Below, one piece after another: positions 28,889-37,271 of a DNA stretch of 64,000 nt (positions within the stretch are counted from its first letter, which is position 1; every line of letters starts with the position of its first letter). The notes under the pieces are model-generated. The model was not told the DNA's origin and made no database searches. It was given only the letters and a program-made list of their open reading frames with translations. The DNA comes from an uncultured Gemmatimonadales bacterium (GTDB lineage Bacteria > Gemmatimonadota > Gemmatimonadetes > Gemmatimonadales > GWC2-71-9). A program made the translations under genes and the position numbers. The stretch lies in the NCBI GenBank assembly GCA_965652025.1, contig CBFGTM010000012.1, positions 8,992-72,991 on the forward strand, written 5' to 3'.

Positions 28889-29542
28889 TCAGTGCTGACC
28901 CCGCTGATCAGAGTAGACCTGAACCCGAGCCGGGCGGACCAGGGTCCCCTTGAAGGTATAGCCCGGCTGGAAGGTGGCGCTCACCACATGCTCGCTATCT
29001 CCATCCGGGGCCGGCGCAGTGGACACCGCCTCGTGCAGGGCGGGATCGAACGGAGTACCCACCGGATCGATTCGCTCCACGCCCGCGTCTTGCAGCTGCT
29101 TCCACAGCTTGCGGTCGACGGCGCTCAGACCTTCGCGCAATGTCGGCAGCGGCGTGTTGGGATCGCTGGCCACCAGCCGGTCCAAGTCATCGAGGACATC
29201 CAGCAGCTTGGCCACGAAGCTGGCTTGCGCCCGATCGGCCAGCTCGGCCCGCTCCCGACTACTCCGTTTGCGATAGTTGTCGAACTCGGCTGCCAGCCGG
29301 AGATGCCGGTCCCGGAGGTCGGCCAGATCATTCTGCAGCTTCTCATCCGACCCTCCCTTGAAAAGCGGCTGGGTGCCCTCGGTCCGGGAGGAGGGTTCGG
29401 AGCTCATGTCGGTCGAGGCGATATCATCGGCATCAGCGCTCCGCTCCCCCGCAGGCTCGGTCATCCCGGCGGGAGTATCGATGGGCCCGCTGTCATTGTC
29501 GATATCGTTCTTCAGTCCAGTCCGCTTCGCCACGGTGCACAC
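28889..29542 (-). CDS. grpE: Nucleotide exchange factor GrpE (start uncertain)
   Basis: 217-aa [25 protein letters not shown] and [16 protein letters not shown] are GrpE signatures. The stop lies 1 nt before the dnaJ start. Confidence 0.9.
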   Translation of the reverse strand: MCTVAKRTGLKNDIDNDSGPIDTPAGMTEPAGERSADADDIASTDMSSEPSSRTEGTQPLFKGGSDEKLQNDLADLRDRHLRLAAEFDNYRKRSSRERAELADRAQASFVAKLLDVLDDLDRLVASDPNTPLPTLREGLSAVDRKLWKQLQDAGVERIDPVGTPFDPALHEAVSTAPAPDGDSEHVVSATFQPGYTFKGTLVRPARVQVYSDQRGQH

Positions 29543-29655
29543 TCACTCTCTTCAGATCAGTCAAAGATAATAGGTACCTCGCCGATCCTTCGGCGTGCGA
29601 GGTGGCCAAACCGAACGCGCCAAAAGTTGCACCTATCACCCTCACTACACGAGCT

Positions 29656-30906
29656 TTACGGTTCGGCGGCGAGCCCCGTCAGAGCCCGGTAGAGCAGGAG
29701 TAGGCTGGCCTGCGCGGCGCGAGCCCGCACTTCATGACGGCTCCCCGGGAACACATTGCGCCGGCTCCGGACTACCCCATCCAGGGCGCAGGCGATCCAG
29801 ACGGTACCGACCGGCTTCTCCTCGGTACCTCCTCCCGGCCCGGCAATGCCGGTGACTGCGACCGCAGCGCGAACGGCAAACCGTTTCGCGGCCCCCTCGG
29901 CCATCGCTCGGGCGACCGGCTCGCTGACCGCCCCGTGCTCCGTGAGCACAGAGTCCGGTACGCCCAGTAGCTCCCGCTTAAGTGTATTGTCGTAGGCGAT
30001 GACCCCGCCGGTGAACACGTCCGAGCTTCCCGGAATCTCGGTGAGCCGAGTACCCACCAGCCCCCCGGTACACGATTCGGCTACAGCCAGCCGGACGCCC
30101 TGATCTCGCGCGACCTGGAGCACCAGCCCGGCGAGATCGCTGTTGCCTTCGCCATAAACATGCTGCCCCGCCCGGCTGCGGATCAGGTCGGCCGCCTGAC
30201 GCAGGCGCCGGTCGGCCTCGCCCGCGGCTATGTCCCAGGCACTCAAGCGGAGGTCTACCCCTTCGAGGCCAGGGAGATAGGCCAGAGTCAGCGGGGCAAT
30301 CTCCGGTTCGATTTGACCCAGCCGCTCCGCCAAGGCTGATTCAGGGATGCCGCTGGTGCGCAACTGCAGCGATCTGATCACTGTTCCGTTTGCCGCCGTG
30401 GCGAGACGCGACACGACTTCGTGCTCCAGCAGCATCCGCATCTCCGAGGGAACGCCGGGCAGCATGATGGTGAGTCCGGGAGCCCCCTGGAGCCACAGCC
30501 CGGGCGCGGTACCCCAGCGGTTTCGCAGCACGATTGCCCCCTGCGGTACCTCAGCCTGGCTGCGGTTGCTCTCGGCGGGCTTGCGCCCGAGTCGGGCGAA
30601 CCGCTCCAGCAATGAGGTCCAGATACTCTCGTCGAAGATCAGCGGGGCGTCGTACAGATCGGCCACAACCTTCTTGGTCACATCGTCCCGGGTGGGGCCC
30701 AGACCCCCGGTAGTGATGACGGCACCGGTTCGGCCGAGCGCTTCCTGCACCGCGTCCCGGATCTCCTGCGGCCGGTCGGCGACCGACGTCCGCCGCATTA
30801 CCCGGATCCCTTTAGCTGCCAGCGCCCGGGCGATCTCGGCACCGTTGGTGTCGACGGTCAGGCCCAGCAGGAGCTCGGTGCCGATGGTGATGACCTCGAA
30901 GTTCAA
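29656..30906 (-). CDS. cinA: CinA family protein (MoCF-binding domain plus nicotinamide-nucleotide amidohydrolase PncC domain)
   Basis: 416 aa. MNFEVITIGTELLLGLTVDTNGAEIARAL ... TTGGLGPTRDDVTK ... AESCTGGL. Confidence 0.9.
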   Translation of the reverse strand: MNFEVITIGTELLLGLTVDTNGAEIARALAAKGIRVMRRTSVADRPQEIRDAVQEALGRTGAVITTGGLGPTRDDVTKKVVADLYDAPLIFDESIWTSLLERFARLGRKPAESNRSQAEVPQGAIVLRNRWGTAPGLWLQGAPGLTIMLPGVPSEMRMLLEHEVVSRLATAANGTVIRSLQLRTSGIPESALAERLGQIEPEIAPLTLAYLPGLEGVDLRLSAWDIAAGEADRRLRQAADLIRSRAGQHVYGEGNSDLAGLVLQVARDQGVRLAVAESCTGGLVGTRLTEIPGSSDVFTGGVIAYDNTLKRELLGVPDSVLTEHGAVSEPVARAMAEGAAKRFAVRAAVAVTGIAGPGGGTEEKPVGTVWIACALDGVVRSRRNVFPGSRHEVRARAAQASLLLLYRALTGLAAEP

Positions 30907-31545
30907 CTAGCCACTATCATCCGAGAAGAGCCGCCGGTTGCGATAGAGGTAAAGTACGAAGGAATAGACCGTCAGGGCGGCGGCGCAGGCGAGGGTGACG
31001 GCCACGAACCCGCCATGAAACTGGTTCCAGTACTGGGCATACTGGTTGTGCTCCCAACCCATGGGTTTGCGGGCGTCGCGGAAAGCGAACCACAGGATGA
31101 CGGCGCCGACGAAGATGTTCTGGATGGTGGTCTTCAACTTCCCTGCTCCGGCGGCCGGAATCACAACTCCCCGGCGGCTGGCCCACCAGCGAAACCCCGT
31201 CATGGCCAGCTCCCGCCCGATGAGCAGCAGGCAAACCCAGAGCGGAATGCTGCCCCAGATCGGGATATCGTAGAGATCGTGCCGCTGGCGGGAGATCCAG
31301 TAGATCGGGATGAGAGTAGCGAAGAGCAGCAGCTTGTCGGCAATGGGGTCGAGCAGCTTACCGAGATCGGTGACTTCGTTGCGGGTGCGCGCGAGATGGC
31401 CGTCGTAGATGTCGCTCACCGCGGCCACCACAAAAATGATGAACGCGATCAGCTTGGGCCAGTATCCCTCGATGAACGGCAGCAGCGCGATCACTGGGGT
31501 GAAGCAGATTCGAACCAACGTGATGATGTTCGGCAGGTTCCACAT
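30907..31545 (-). CDS. pgsA: CDP-diacylglycerol--glycerol-3-phosphate 3-phosphatidyltransferase
   Basis: Internal ATG at 31545 gives MWNLPNIITLVRICFTPV. CDP-alcohol phosphotransferase motif DIYDGHLARTRNEVTDLGKLLDPIADK. The upstream part of the listed ORF overlaps mglA. Confidence 0.88.
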   Translation of the reverse strand: MWNLPNIITLVRICFTPVIALLPFIEGYWPKLIAFIIFVVAAVSDIYDGHLARTRNEVTDLGKLLDPIADKLLLFATLIPIYWISRQRHDLYDIPIWGSIPLWVCLLLIGRELAMTGFRWWASRRGVVIPAAGAGKLKTTIQNIFVGAVILWFAFRDARKPMGWEHNQYAQYWNQFHGGFVAVTLACAAALTVYSFVLYLYRNRRLFSDDSG

Positions 31546-31556
31546 GCGCCGACACC

Positions 31557-32231
31557 TTACCCCAGAGTCTTGACGACGTTCTTGCTGATGGCCTTGAGGG
31601 TGTCGAACACGCCTTCCCCGGTCAAGGCCACGGCCTCGAAATAGGGCGCGCGCTCGATCCATTGCCCATTTTCCTGCCGGACCAGAAACTCCGAATCGTG
31701 ATAGGGATCGGGCGTCACCCGTTGCTTGCCCGGTTCGGTGACGGGCCAGCCTGGATTCAAGGCCGACTGCAGCTCGGCAATCGGTGCCGCGTTGGGCAGG
31801 TCGCGCTTGTTGTACTGGATGGCGAAGGGAATCCTGGTGACGTCGTAGCCATGCTGGGTCATGTTCTCGTACAGGTTCTGCATGGCCTCGATGTTCGCGT
31901 CCATCCGCTCGATCTGGCTGTCGGCCACGAACACCACCCCATCCACCCCCTTCAGGATCAACTTGCGTGAGGCGTTGTAGTAGACCTGGCCCGGCACGGT
32001 GTAGAGGTGGAACTTGACCTTGAAGCCCCGGATCGTGCCCAGGTCCACCGGCAGGAAGTCGAAGAAAAGAGTTCGCTCGGTCTCGGTGGCAAGCGAGATC
32101 ATTTTGCCTCGCGAGGCCGGCGCCACTTTGTTGTAGACGTGCTCCAGATTGGTGGTCTTACCGCCCAGGCCGGGGCCGTAGTAGACCAGCTTACAGTTGA
32201 TCTCGCGGGAGGCGTAATTGATCATCGACAT
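31557..32231 (-). CDS. mglA: Ras-like polarity/motility GTPase MglA
   Basis: 224 aa. [26 protein letters not shown] ... [11 protein letters not shown] ... [33 protein letters not shown] ... QYNKRDL is near-identical in motif order to Myxococcus MglA as I recall it. Confidence 0.92.
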   Translation of the reverse strand: MSMINYASREINCKLVYYGPGLGGKTTNLEHVYNKVAPASRGKMISLATETERTLFFDFLPVDLGTIRGFKVKFHLYTVPGQVYYNASRKLILKGVDGVVFVADSQIERMDANIEAMQNLYENMTQHGYDVTRIPFAIQYNKRDLPNAAPIAELQSALNPGWPVTEPGKQRVTPDPYHDSEFLVRQENGQWIERAPYFEAVALTGEGVFDTLKAISKNVVKTLG

Positions 32232-32244
32232 GGCAGCGGTTTCC

Positions 32245-32736
32245 TCAGGACCCGAACAGTTTGTCGATTTCGTCTTCCGCTTCGCCCAGAAACTCGGATT
32301 CCACTCCGGGAGCGCTGGTGCCGTCCCGGTTGAACATGTCCGTGAACACCTGGTTCAGCTGAACCACGGCAGTCTTGACGCGGAGTTTGACCATGCCGAG
32401 CGTCGTCCGATTGTCGAATAACACGACCAGGATCACCCGCCTCGCGATGTCGGCCAGGTACATCGATTCCCGCTCGCCTTGATGGAACAGCGCCCCGAAC
32501 TCGGATTCTCCCAGCATCCGGGCGAGCTGGTCATTGGCGCTGAAGTCGGCGGCGGTCAGGGAGGCGAAGGCGGTAGCATCGAACGCCGGGGTCTCACCGG
32601 CAGTGGAGACCATCTGCCCGGTCCGATCGACAATCAGTGCCGTGCGGGCGTTGGATTCGCTGAGAAAGGTGCTGAGGATAGACTGAATCCGGCGCGAATC
32701 CTCTTCCCGAAAGGACCAGCTGGAAGCGCCGCTCAT
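32245..32736 (-). CDS. mglB: MglB, Roadblock/LC7-domain GTPase-activating partner of MglA
   Basis: ATG at 32736. [15 protein letters not shown] ... [12 protein letters not shown] ... [24 protein letters not shown] parallels M. xanthus MglB (VVLVVIFDNRTSLGLVRLRIKKA). GAGGAAA lies upstream of mglA in the 13-nt gap. Confidence 0.88.
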   Translation of the reverse strand: MSGASSWSFREEDSRRIQSILSTFLSESNARTALIVDRTGQMVSTAGETPAFDATAFASLTAADFSANDQLARMLGESEFGALFHQGERESMYLADIARRVILVVLFDNRTTLGMVKLRVKTAVVQLNQVFTDMFNRDGTSAPGVESEFLGEAEDEIDKLFGS

Positions 32737-32746
32737 CTTGACTCGG

Positions 32747-33016
32747 TCACGCGAGGGTCGCTTCCATGCGGCGCACAATAGCTTCGGCCCGGCGGCGCAG
32801 CATCGGCTGGCGCTCCCAGGCCAGATAGTCGCGCAGCAGCCGCACGGTCTCTACCTCGTTCTGACCGGCCAGAAACCCCAATGCGGCAAGCCGCCGCAGC
32901 GGACGGGGGCTGAAGAGGTCCCGGCGATGGTAGGTCAGCCGCTGCTGGGCCAGCAGCCACCCCCCGGTCAAGCCCAGTGCCATCCCACCCACAAAGACCA
33001 TGCTTCGGGACCGCAT
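32747..33016 (-). CDS. Hypothetical small membrane-anchored protein (89 aa)
   Basis: N-terminal TM (MVFVGGMALGLTGGWLLA) followed by a helical, Arg-rich tail. Its start shares one nucleotide with the recR stop (TGATG), which suggests translational coupling. It ends 10 nt before mglB. Confidence 0.5.
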   Translation of the reverse strand: MRSRSMVFVGGMALGLTGGWLLAQQRLTYHRRDLFSPRPLRRLAALGFLAGQNEVETVRLLRDYLAWERQPMLRRRAEAIVRRMEATLA

Positions 33017-33606
33017 CAGCTCACTTCCTGCCGGGCTACCAGCGCATGGGCCAAGGTGACTCCGTCGATGTATTCCAGGTCGCCTCCCATAGGCAATCCC
33101 CGGGCCAGGCGGGTGACCCGCACTCCCATCCCCGCCAGCAGCTGCTGGATGTAGGTAGCGGTCACCTCCCCCTCCATGGAGGGGTTGGTGGCGAGGATGA
33201 TCTCCCGCACCCCACCCTGGCTGACCCGCTCCACCAGACGGTCCACCCGCAGCGATTCCGGTCCGATCCCGTCCAGGGGCGATAGATGGCCGCCCAGCAC
33301 GTGATACCGGCCTCGGAAATCGGTCGAACGGTCCACCACTGCGACGGTCGAGGGCTCCTCTACTACGCAGACCAGTCCCGCATCACGCCGTGGATCGCGA
33401 CAGATGCCACAGGGCTGCTCCTCGGTCAGGTTGCCGCATTCCTGGCAAGGACGGACCCGCTCGGCGACGGAGGTGAGGATGGCCGCGAGCCGCTCGACCT
33501 GTTCAGAGGGTTGCTGAAGTAGATGGAAAGTGAGCCGCTGTGCCGTCTTTCGGCCGATCCCCGGGAGCCTGGAAAGCTCGGTGATCAACTCCTCGATGGC
33601 GCTCAC
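33016..33606 (-). CDS. recR: Recombination protein RecR
   Basis: 196 aa. LITELSRLPGIGRKTAQRLTFHLL, a C4 zinc finger (CQECGNLTEEQPCGIC), and a Toprim region. Confidence 0.95.
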   Translation of the reverse strand: MSAIEELITELSRLPGIGRKTAQRLTFHLLQQPSEQVERLAAILTSVAERVRPCQECGNLTEEQPCGICRDPRRDAGLVCVVEEPSTVAVVDRSTDFRGRYHVLGGHLSPLDGIGPESLRVDRLVERVSQGGVREIILATNPSMEGEVTATYIQQLLAGMGVRVTRLARGLPMGGDLEYIDGVTLAHALVARQEVS

Positions 33607-33609
33607 CGG

Positions 33610-33939
33610 TTAGAAGGGGGAAGTGAATGGCAGTGACGGTACCTTGCGCATTTCGGCCTGAAGCATCTCCGCCGCCCGACGCTGGGCCTCGGCCACGGCC
33701 GTGAGCACCAGATCGCTGAGGAAGTCGGCATCATGGTCCTGAAAGACCGCGGGGTCGATCCACACGGCGCGCACCGTCCCGCGGCCATCCGCGGTCACTT
33801 TGACCATGCCGCCGCCCGAGGAGGTCTCGATGGTGCGGTTGGCCAGTTCGGATTGCAACTGCTGGAGCCTGCCCTGCATCTGCTGGCCCAGCTGGAATAG
33901 CTGCTGAAGATCTGCCATGCTATCGGGTAGTCCTGCCAT
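33610..33939 (-). CDS. ybaB: YbaB/EbfC family nucleoid-associated protein
   Basis: 109 aa. QQMQGRLQQLQSELANRTIETSSGGGMVKVTADGRGTVRAVWIDPAV. Confidence 0.9.
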   Translation of the reverse strand: MAGLPDSMADLQQLFQLGQQMQGRLQQLQSELANRTIETSSGGGMVKVTADGRGTVRAVWIDPAVFQDHDADFLSDLVLTAVAEAQRRAAEMLQAEMRKVPSLPFTSPF

Positions 33940-33972
33940 GTTTGTTTGAGTCCGGGGTTCTTTATGCGCGCC

Positions 33973-35637
33973 TTAGTCTACGATCTCTAAATCTAACGCA
34001 TCGGCTGCCGTGTCGAGGGCGGGGTCCTTCGCCCGAAACTCCCGGAGCCGCTCGGCTTTGATACTGGAGTCCGAAAGCCGGCGCGGGCGGGCGGGCGGGG
34101 CCTCGCCCGAGCTGGGACCGGTCACCCGGAGCCGCACCGGCTGACCGAGGCTGCGGGTGAGGATCTCCTCCACCGTTCGGGCCTCCTGCTCTAGCCGCTC
34201 CGCAAACAGCTGGTTGGGCTCTCGCAATGTCACGTTGAGCCAGGGGAGCACCAGTTCGGCCGGTTCCACCGCAGCGAGCAGCTCGCCCAGGAAGCGGCTT
34301 TGCACCCGGGCAGCAACGATGATCGCCGGCCATCCGGCCCGAATCGCCTCGATCGACGGCGCGAGCTTGGCCGTGGGGGGAGGGGAAGCGGGGATGCCTG
34401 GACGGGGGGAAGCCTGGCGCTGGTCGGATCGAGTGTCGCGGTGAGGCTTAGTCGGAGGTGCCGGCTCCTTGGCCGACTGGGACTTCCCCACTTCCCCGCT
34501 TCCTCGCCTCCCCCCTGTGATCACTTCCTCCAGATCGACCAGCCGGTCCATAAGAGCCCAGCGGAGCAGCATGGTTTCCACCGCGAGCCTGGGGTTCACG
34601 CTGCGCCTGATGTTGGTCTCGTCCTCGGCCAGAAGCCGGAGCATCCGTAGTACATCACCGGGCTGTAGCTCGCTTCGATACGTCTCCAGCGAGCTGCGGA
34701 GAGCCTCGGTCATACCCTCCGGCTCGGCACCAACTTGCAGCATGAGCAGCCCGCGCAGCACCTCGGCAGCCCCGGCCATGAATTCCGAGAGGTCCACCCC
34801 GGCCTCGCACAGCCGGTCCACCAGGGAGAATACGGCTGAGGGCTGCTGTTCGACCACCAACTGGAGCATCGCTCGATAGAGCTCGTCGTCGGCCAACCCC
34901 AGCACCTCGCGGACCCGCTCCGCCGTAACCTGTCCCTCTCCGAAGCTCAAGCACTGGTCGAGCACCGAGAGAGCGTCGCGCATGCCGCCATCGGCGTGCC
35001 GGGCAATCAGCGTCAGGGCATCATCATCCGCGCTGAACCCCTCAGTCTGAAGCACCTGGCGCAAACGGTCTCGAATGGCCCCGGGCCCGATGCGCCTGAA
35101 GTCGAAGCGCTGGAGACGGGACATCACCGGCGCGGCTGTGGCGGCAATCTTGTGAGGCTCGGTAGTGGCGAAGACGAAGACCACACCCGGCGGTGGCTCT
35201 TCCAGCACCTTCAGCAGCGCGTTCCACGCCTCGCGGGTGAGCATGTGAGCTTCATCGATGATGTAGACCTTGTGATGCCCTTCCTGGGAAGCGGCGTACA
35301 TGGCGCGCTCGCGGAGGTCGCGGGCATCATCTACCCCCCGATTGCTGGCGGCATCGATTTCCACCACGTCGAGATTGGCCGACCCGCTCCAGATCCGGAG
35401 ACAGTTCTCGCACTCGCCGCAGGGATCGCCAGAGTCTTCTCGATTGGAGCAGTTGAGCGCCATGGCCAGGATGCGCGCCGCGGTGGTTTTGCCCACTCCC
35501 CGCGGCCCGGTGAGCAGGTAGCCGTGGCCTACCCGGTTCCGGGACACGGCCCCCCGGAGTACGGCGGCGACATGGTCCTGCACCAGGAGATCGGAAAAGC
35601 GTTTGGGACGGTACCGGCGGGCAAGGGCGATGGTCAT
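33973..35637 (-). CDS. dnaX: DNA polymerase III subunit gamma/tau
   Basis: ATG at 35637 gives MTIALARRYRPKRFSDLLVQDHV. Motifs: GPRGVGKTT, a zinc module (CGECENC), IIDEAHMLT. The first 22 codons of the listed ORF overlap the SRP RNA region. Confidence 0.93.
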   Translation of the reverse strand: MTIALARRYRPKRFSDLLVQDHVAAVLRGAVSRNRVGHGYLLTGPRGVGKTTAARILAMALNCSNREDSGDPCGECENCLRIWSGSANLDVVEIDAASNRGVDDARDLRERAMYAASQEGHHKVYIIDEAHMLTREAWNALLKVLEEPPPGVVFVFATTEPHKIAATAAPVMSRLQRFDFRRIGPGAIRDRLRQVLQTEGFSADDDALTLIARHADGGMRDALSVLDQCLSFGEGQVTAERVREVLGLADDELYRAMLQLVVEQQPSAVFSLVDRLCEAGVDLSEFMAGAAEVLRGLLMLQVGAEPEGMTEALRSSLETYRSELQPGDVLRMLRLLAEDETNIRRSVNPRLAVETMLLRWALMDRLVDLEEVITGGRRGSGEVGKSQSAKEPAPPTKPHRDTRSDQRQASPRPGIPASPPPTAKLAPSIEAIRAGWPAIIVAARVQSRFLGELLAAVEPAELVLPWLNVTLREPNQLFAERLEQEARTVEEILTRSLGQPVRLRVTGPSSGEAPPARPRRLSDSSIKAERLREFRAKDPALDTAADALDLEIVD

Positions 35638-35668
35638 GAAGCCATGGCGGTAAGCGGTAAGCAAAAAG

Positions 35669-35773
35669 AAGTGCCTCAGGCACCCCGAAGCGACACCGGA
35701 CATCGCTTAGCGCTGCTACCGGCGAGGTCCTGACGCGGTTCACGCGCCGGCGCCCTTCGGACCTGAGGCACCC
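35669..35773 (-). ncRNA. ffs: Signal recognition particle RNA (small 4.5S-type)
   Basis: The minus strand reads GGGUGCCUCAGG...GCGUGAACCGCGUCAGGACCUCGCCGGUAGCAGCGCUAAGCG...CCUGAGGCAC. The termini pair over ~10 bp. The core matches the conserved helix-8 context (GUGAACC-NN-GUCAGG ... AGCAGC-NNUAAG) seen in E. coli and B. subtilis SRP RNA. TATATT lies just upstream and a T-run downstream. The position upstream of dnaX-ybaB-recR is classic synteny. Confidence 0.75.
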
Positions 35774-35812
35774 TAAATATAACTGGACCAAAAGGGCCGG
35801 GGAACCGCCTTG

Positions 35813-36307
35813 CTAGCGCTGGCCGGCGAGGTTGGAGTTATGCATGTTCACCGCGTACTTCCAGCTGCCGTCCGGCTGCTTCTTCAGAATTTCCACGAAC
35901 TTGCCTTCATCGGCCATCCCGGGACTCGCCCTTTCCTTAGGAACGGCGGTGAAACGATAATGGCCCACGTTGTAGGCCAGGTCGCCCCTCCCCTCGACCG
36001 TGTCGGACCCCACCTCGAACTTCAGGGTATAGGCCTTGAGGAGTCCTCCCCAGAAGGCCCTGATCGCATTGCGTCCCCGCAGCGCTGGAGCGCTCGGTGG
36101 CAGCAGGACGGCATCGCTGGCATACAGGCCGACTACGGCGTCCACATTCCCGGCGTTTACCGCGGCCATTAATGCCGAATCGGCAGTCCGAATGGCAGCA
36201 AGGTCGGTATCACTGAGCGCAGCCGAGGCGCTCGGAGAGCTACCAGACCGGCAGGCGATGGTGACCGACGCGCTCAAGCCGAGAAGCAACGCACGTGAGA
36301 ATGGCAT
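35813..36307 (-). CDS. SnoaL-like / DUF4440 (NTF2-fold) putative lipoprotein
   Basis: 164 aa. Signal/lipobox MPFSRALLLGLSASVTIAC. AVNAGNVDAVVGLYASDAVLLPP ... GRNAIRAFW ... KKQPDGSWKY is typical of DUF4440. Confidence 0.65.
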   Translation of the reverse strand: MPFSRALLLGLSASVTIACRSGSSPSASAALSDTDLAAIRTADSALMAAVNAGNVDAVVGLYASDAVLLPPSAPALRGRNAIRAFWGGLLKAYTLKFEVGSDTVEGRGDLAYNVGHYRFTAVPKERASPGMADEGKFVEILKKQPDGSWKYAVNMHNSNLAGQR

Positions 36308-36339
36308 CGGCCCAACTACCTCCCGCTTTTCGGTTGTGA

Positions 36340-37125
36340 TCAGCCGAGAATGGCTCGCTGGCTATCCAGCATCTTCTTGAGTTCCCAGGTTTCCGCCACA
36401 ACCGCGCCGAGCAGGAACACGATGGCAGTGTAGTACACCCACAAAATGAAAAGCACGATGGCGCCCAGGTTCGCGTCGCCCCCGAGTCCCTCCAGCGAGG
36501 CGAAGTTGGTCAGATAGAGCGCGTAGAGCCGCTTGGCCAGCTCGAACAGCAGCGCCGTGAAGGTCGCTGCCACCAGAGCGGTTTTCCAGGGAAGCCGCCG
36601 CACCGAGGCGTAGCTGTAGGTCACATAGAAGAGCGATACTGAGAAGCTGAAGGCCAGCAGTTCGGTAAGATAGCGCCCCAACGTCGAGACGAAGAACCCG
36701 AGCTGGGGCACCGTCTCGGCGCCGCGCGCCTGCAGAATGGTAAGACCGGTCGTCAACAGCGTGTTGGCCAGAAACAGTACCACGGTTCCAACGACCATGG
36801 CAGCGTCGCGGAGCTTAGCCAGCACGAACACCATGATGAAGCCGCGCTGCCGCTCCGGACGGAGCGAGACATCGTAGATGTCGTTGAGTGCAGTGCGGAT
36901 GCCGGCGAACAAGCGGGTGCTGAACCAGAGGAAGGTCGGGACTGCATAGAGCGACAGTTGTCCCCGCTTTTCGGTGATCCCGGTCAACAGGCGTTCGACA
37001 ATGGCGAAAGGATCTCGATCGGGGAGCGTCGAATGGGGCGGTAGAAACCGGTGGAACAGCTCGATGGTGTCGACTTCCGACTCGTGAGTCACCGCCTGGG
37101 CAAAGTGGGTCAGGCCGATCAGCAA
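36340..37125 (-). CDS. YihY/BrkB (virulence factor BrkB / former RNase BN) family membrane protein; the listed TTG start is probably too far downstream (see finding)
   Basis: Polytopic membrane protein with the YihY-type C-terminal half (ALLFELAKRLYALYL ... LGAIVLFILWVYYTAIVFLLGAVV). The conserved N-terminal segment FLRRTLQAADEDNVPFLASALTFDALLASVPFILLLL continues in frame upstream of 37125. Confidence 0.75.
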   Translation of the reverse strand: MLIGLTHFAQAVTHESEVDTIELFHRFLPPHSTLPDRDPFAIVERLLTGITEKRGQLSLYAVPTFLWFSTRLFAGIRTALNDIYDVSLRPERQRGFIMVFVLAKLRDAAMVVGTVVLFLANTLLTTGLTILQARGAETVPQLGFFVSTLGRYLTELLAFSFSVSLFYVTYSYASVRRLPWKTALVAATFTALLFELAKRLYALYLTNFASLEGLGGDANLGAIVLFILWVYYTAIVFLLGAVVAETWELKKMLDSQRAILG

Positions 37126-37271
37126 CAGGAGGATGAATGGAACCGACGCCAGCAGCGCGTCGAAGGTCAGGGCGCTGGCAAGAAACGGGACGTTGTCTTC
37201 ATCAGCGGCTTGGAGAGTCCGGCGCAGGAATCCGGCGGGCGACCGGTGCCACCCGCCGCGCCTGGAGCCGC

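Noticed and set aside
29543-29655. CIRCE/HrcA operator or sigma32 promoter upstream of grpE
   Set aside because: There is no TTAGCACTC-N9-GAGTGCTAA-like dyad and no convincing CTTGAA/CCCCAT pair. Only a weak 6-bp hairpin is present, probably the cinA terminator.
33973-35637. Programmed ribosomal frameshift or transcriptional slippage site in dnaX
   Set aside because: I saw no A-rich slippery heptamer (A AAA AAG type) and no long A run on the coding strand.
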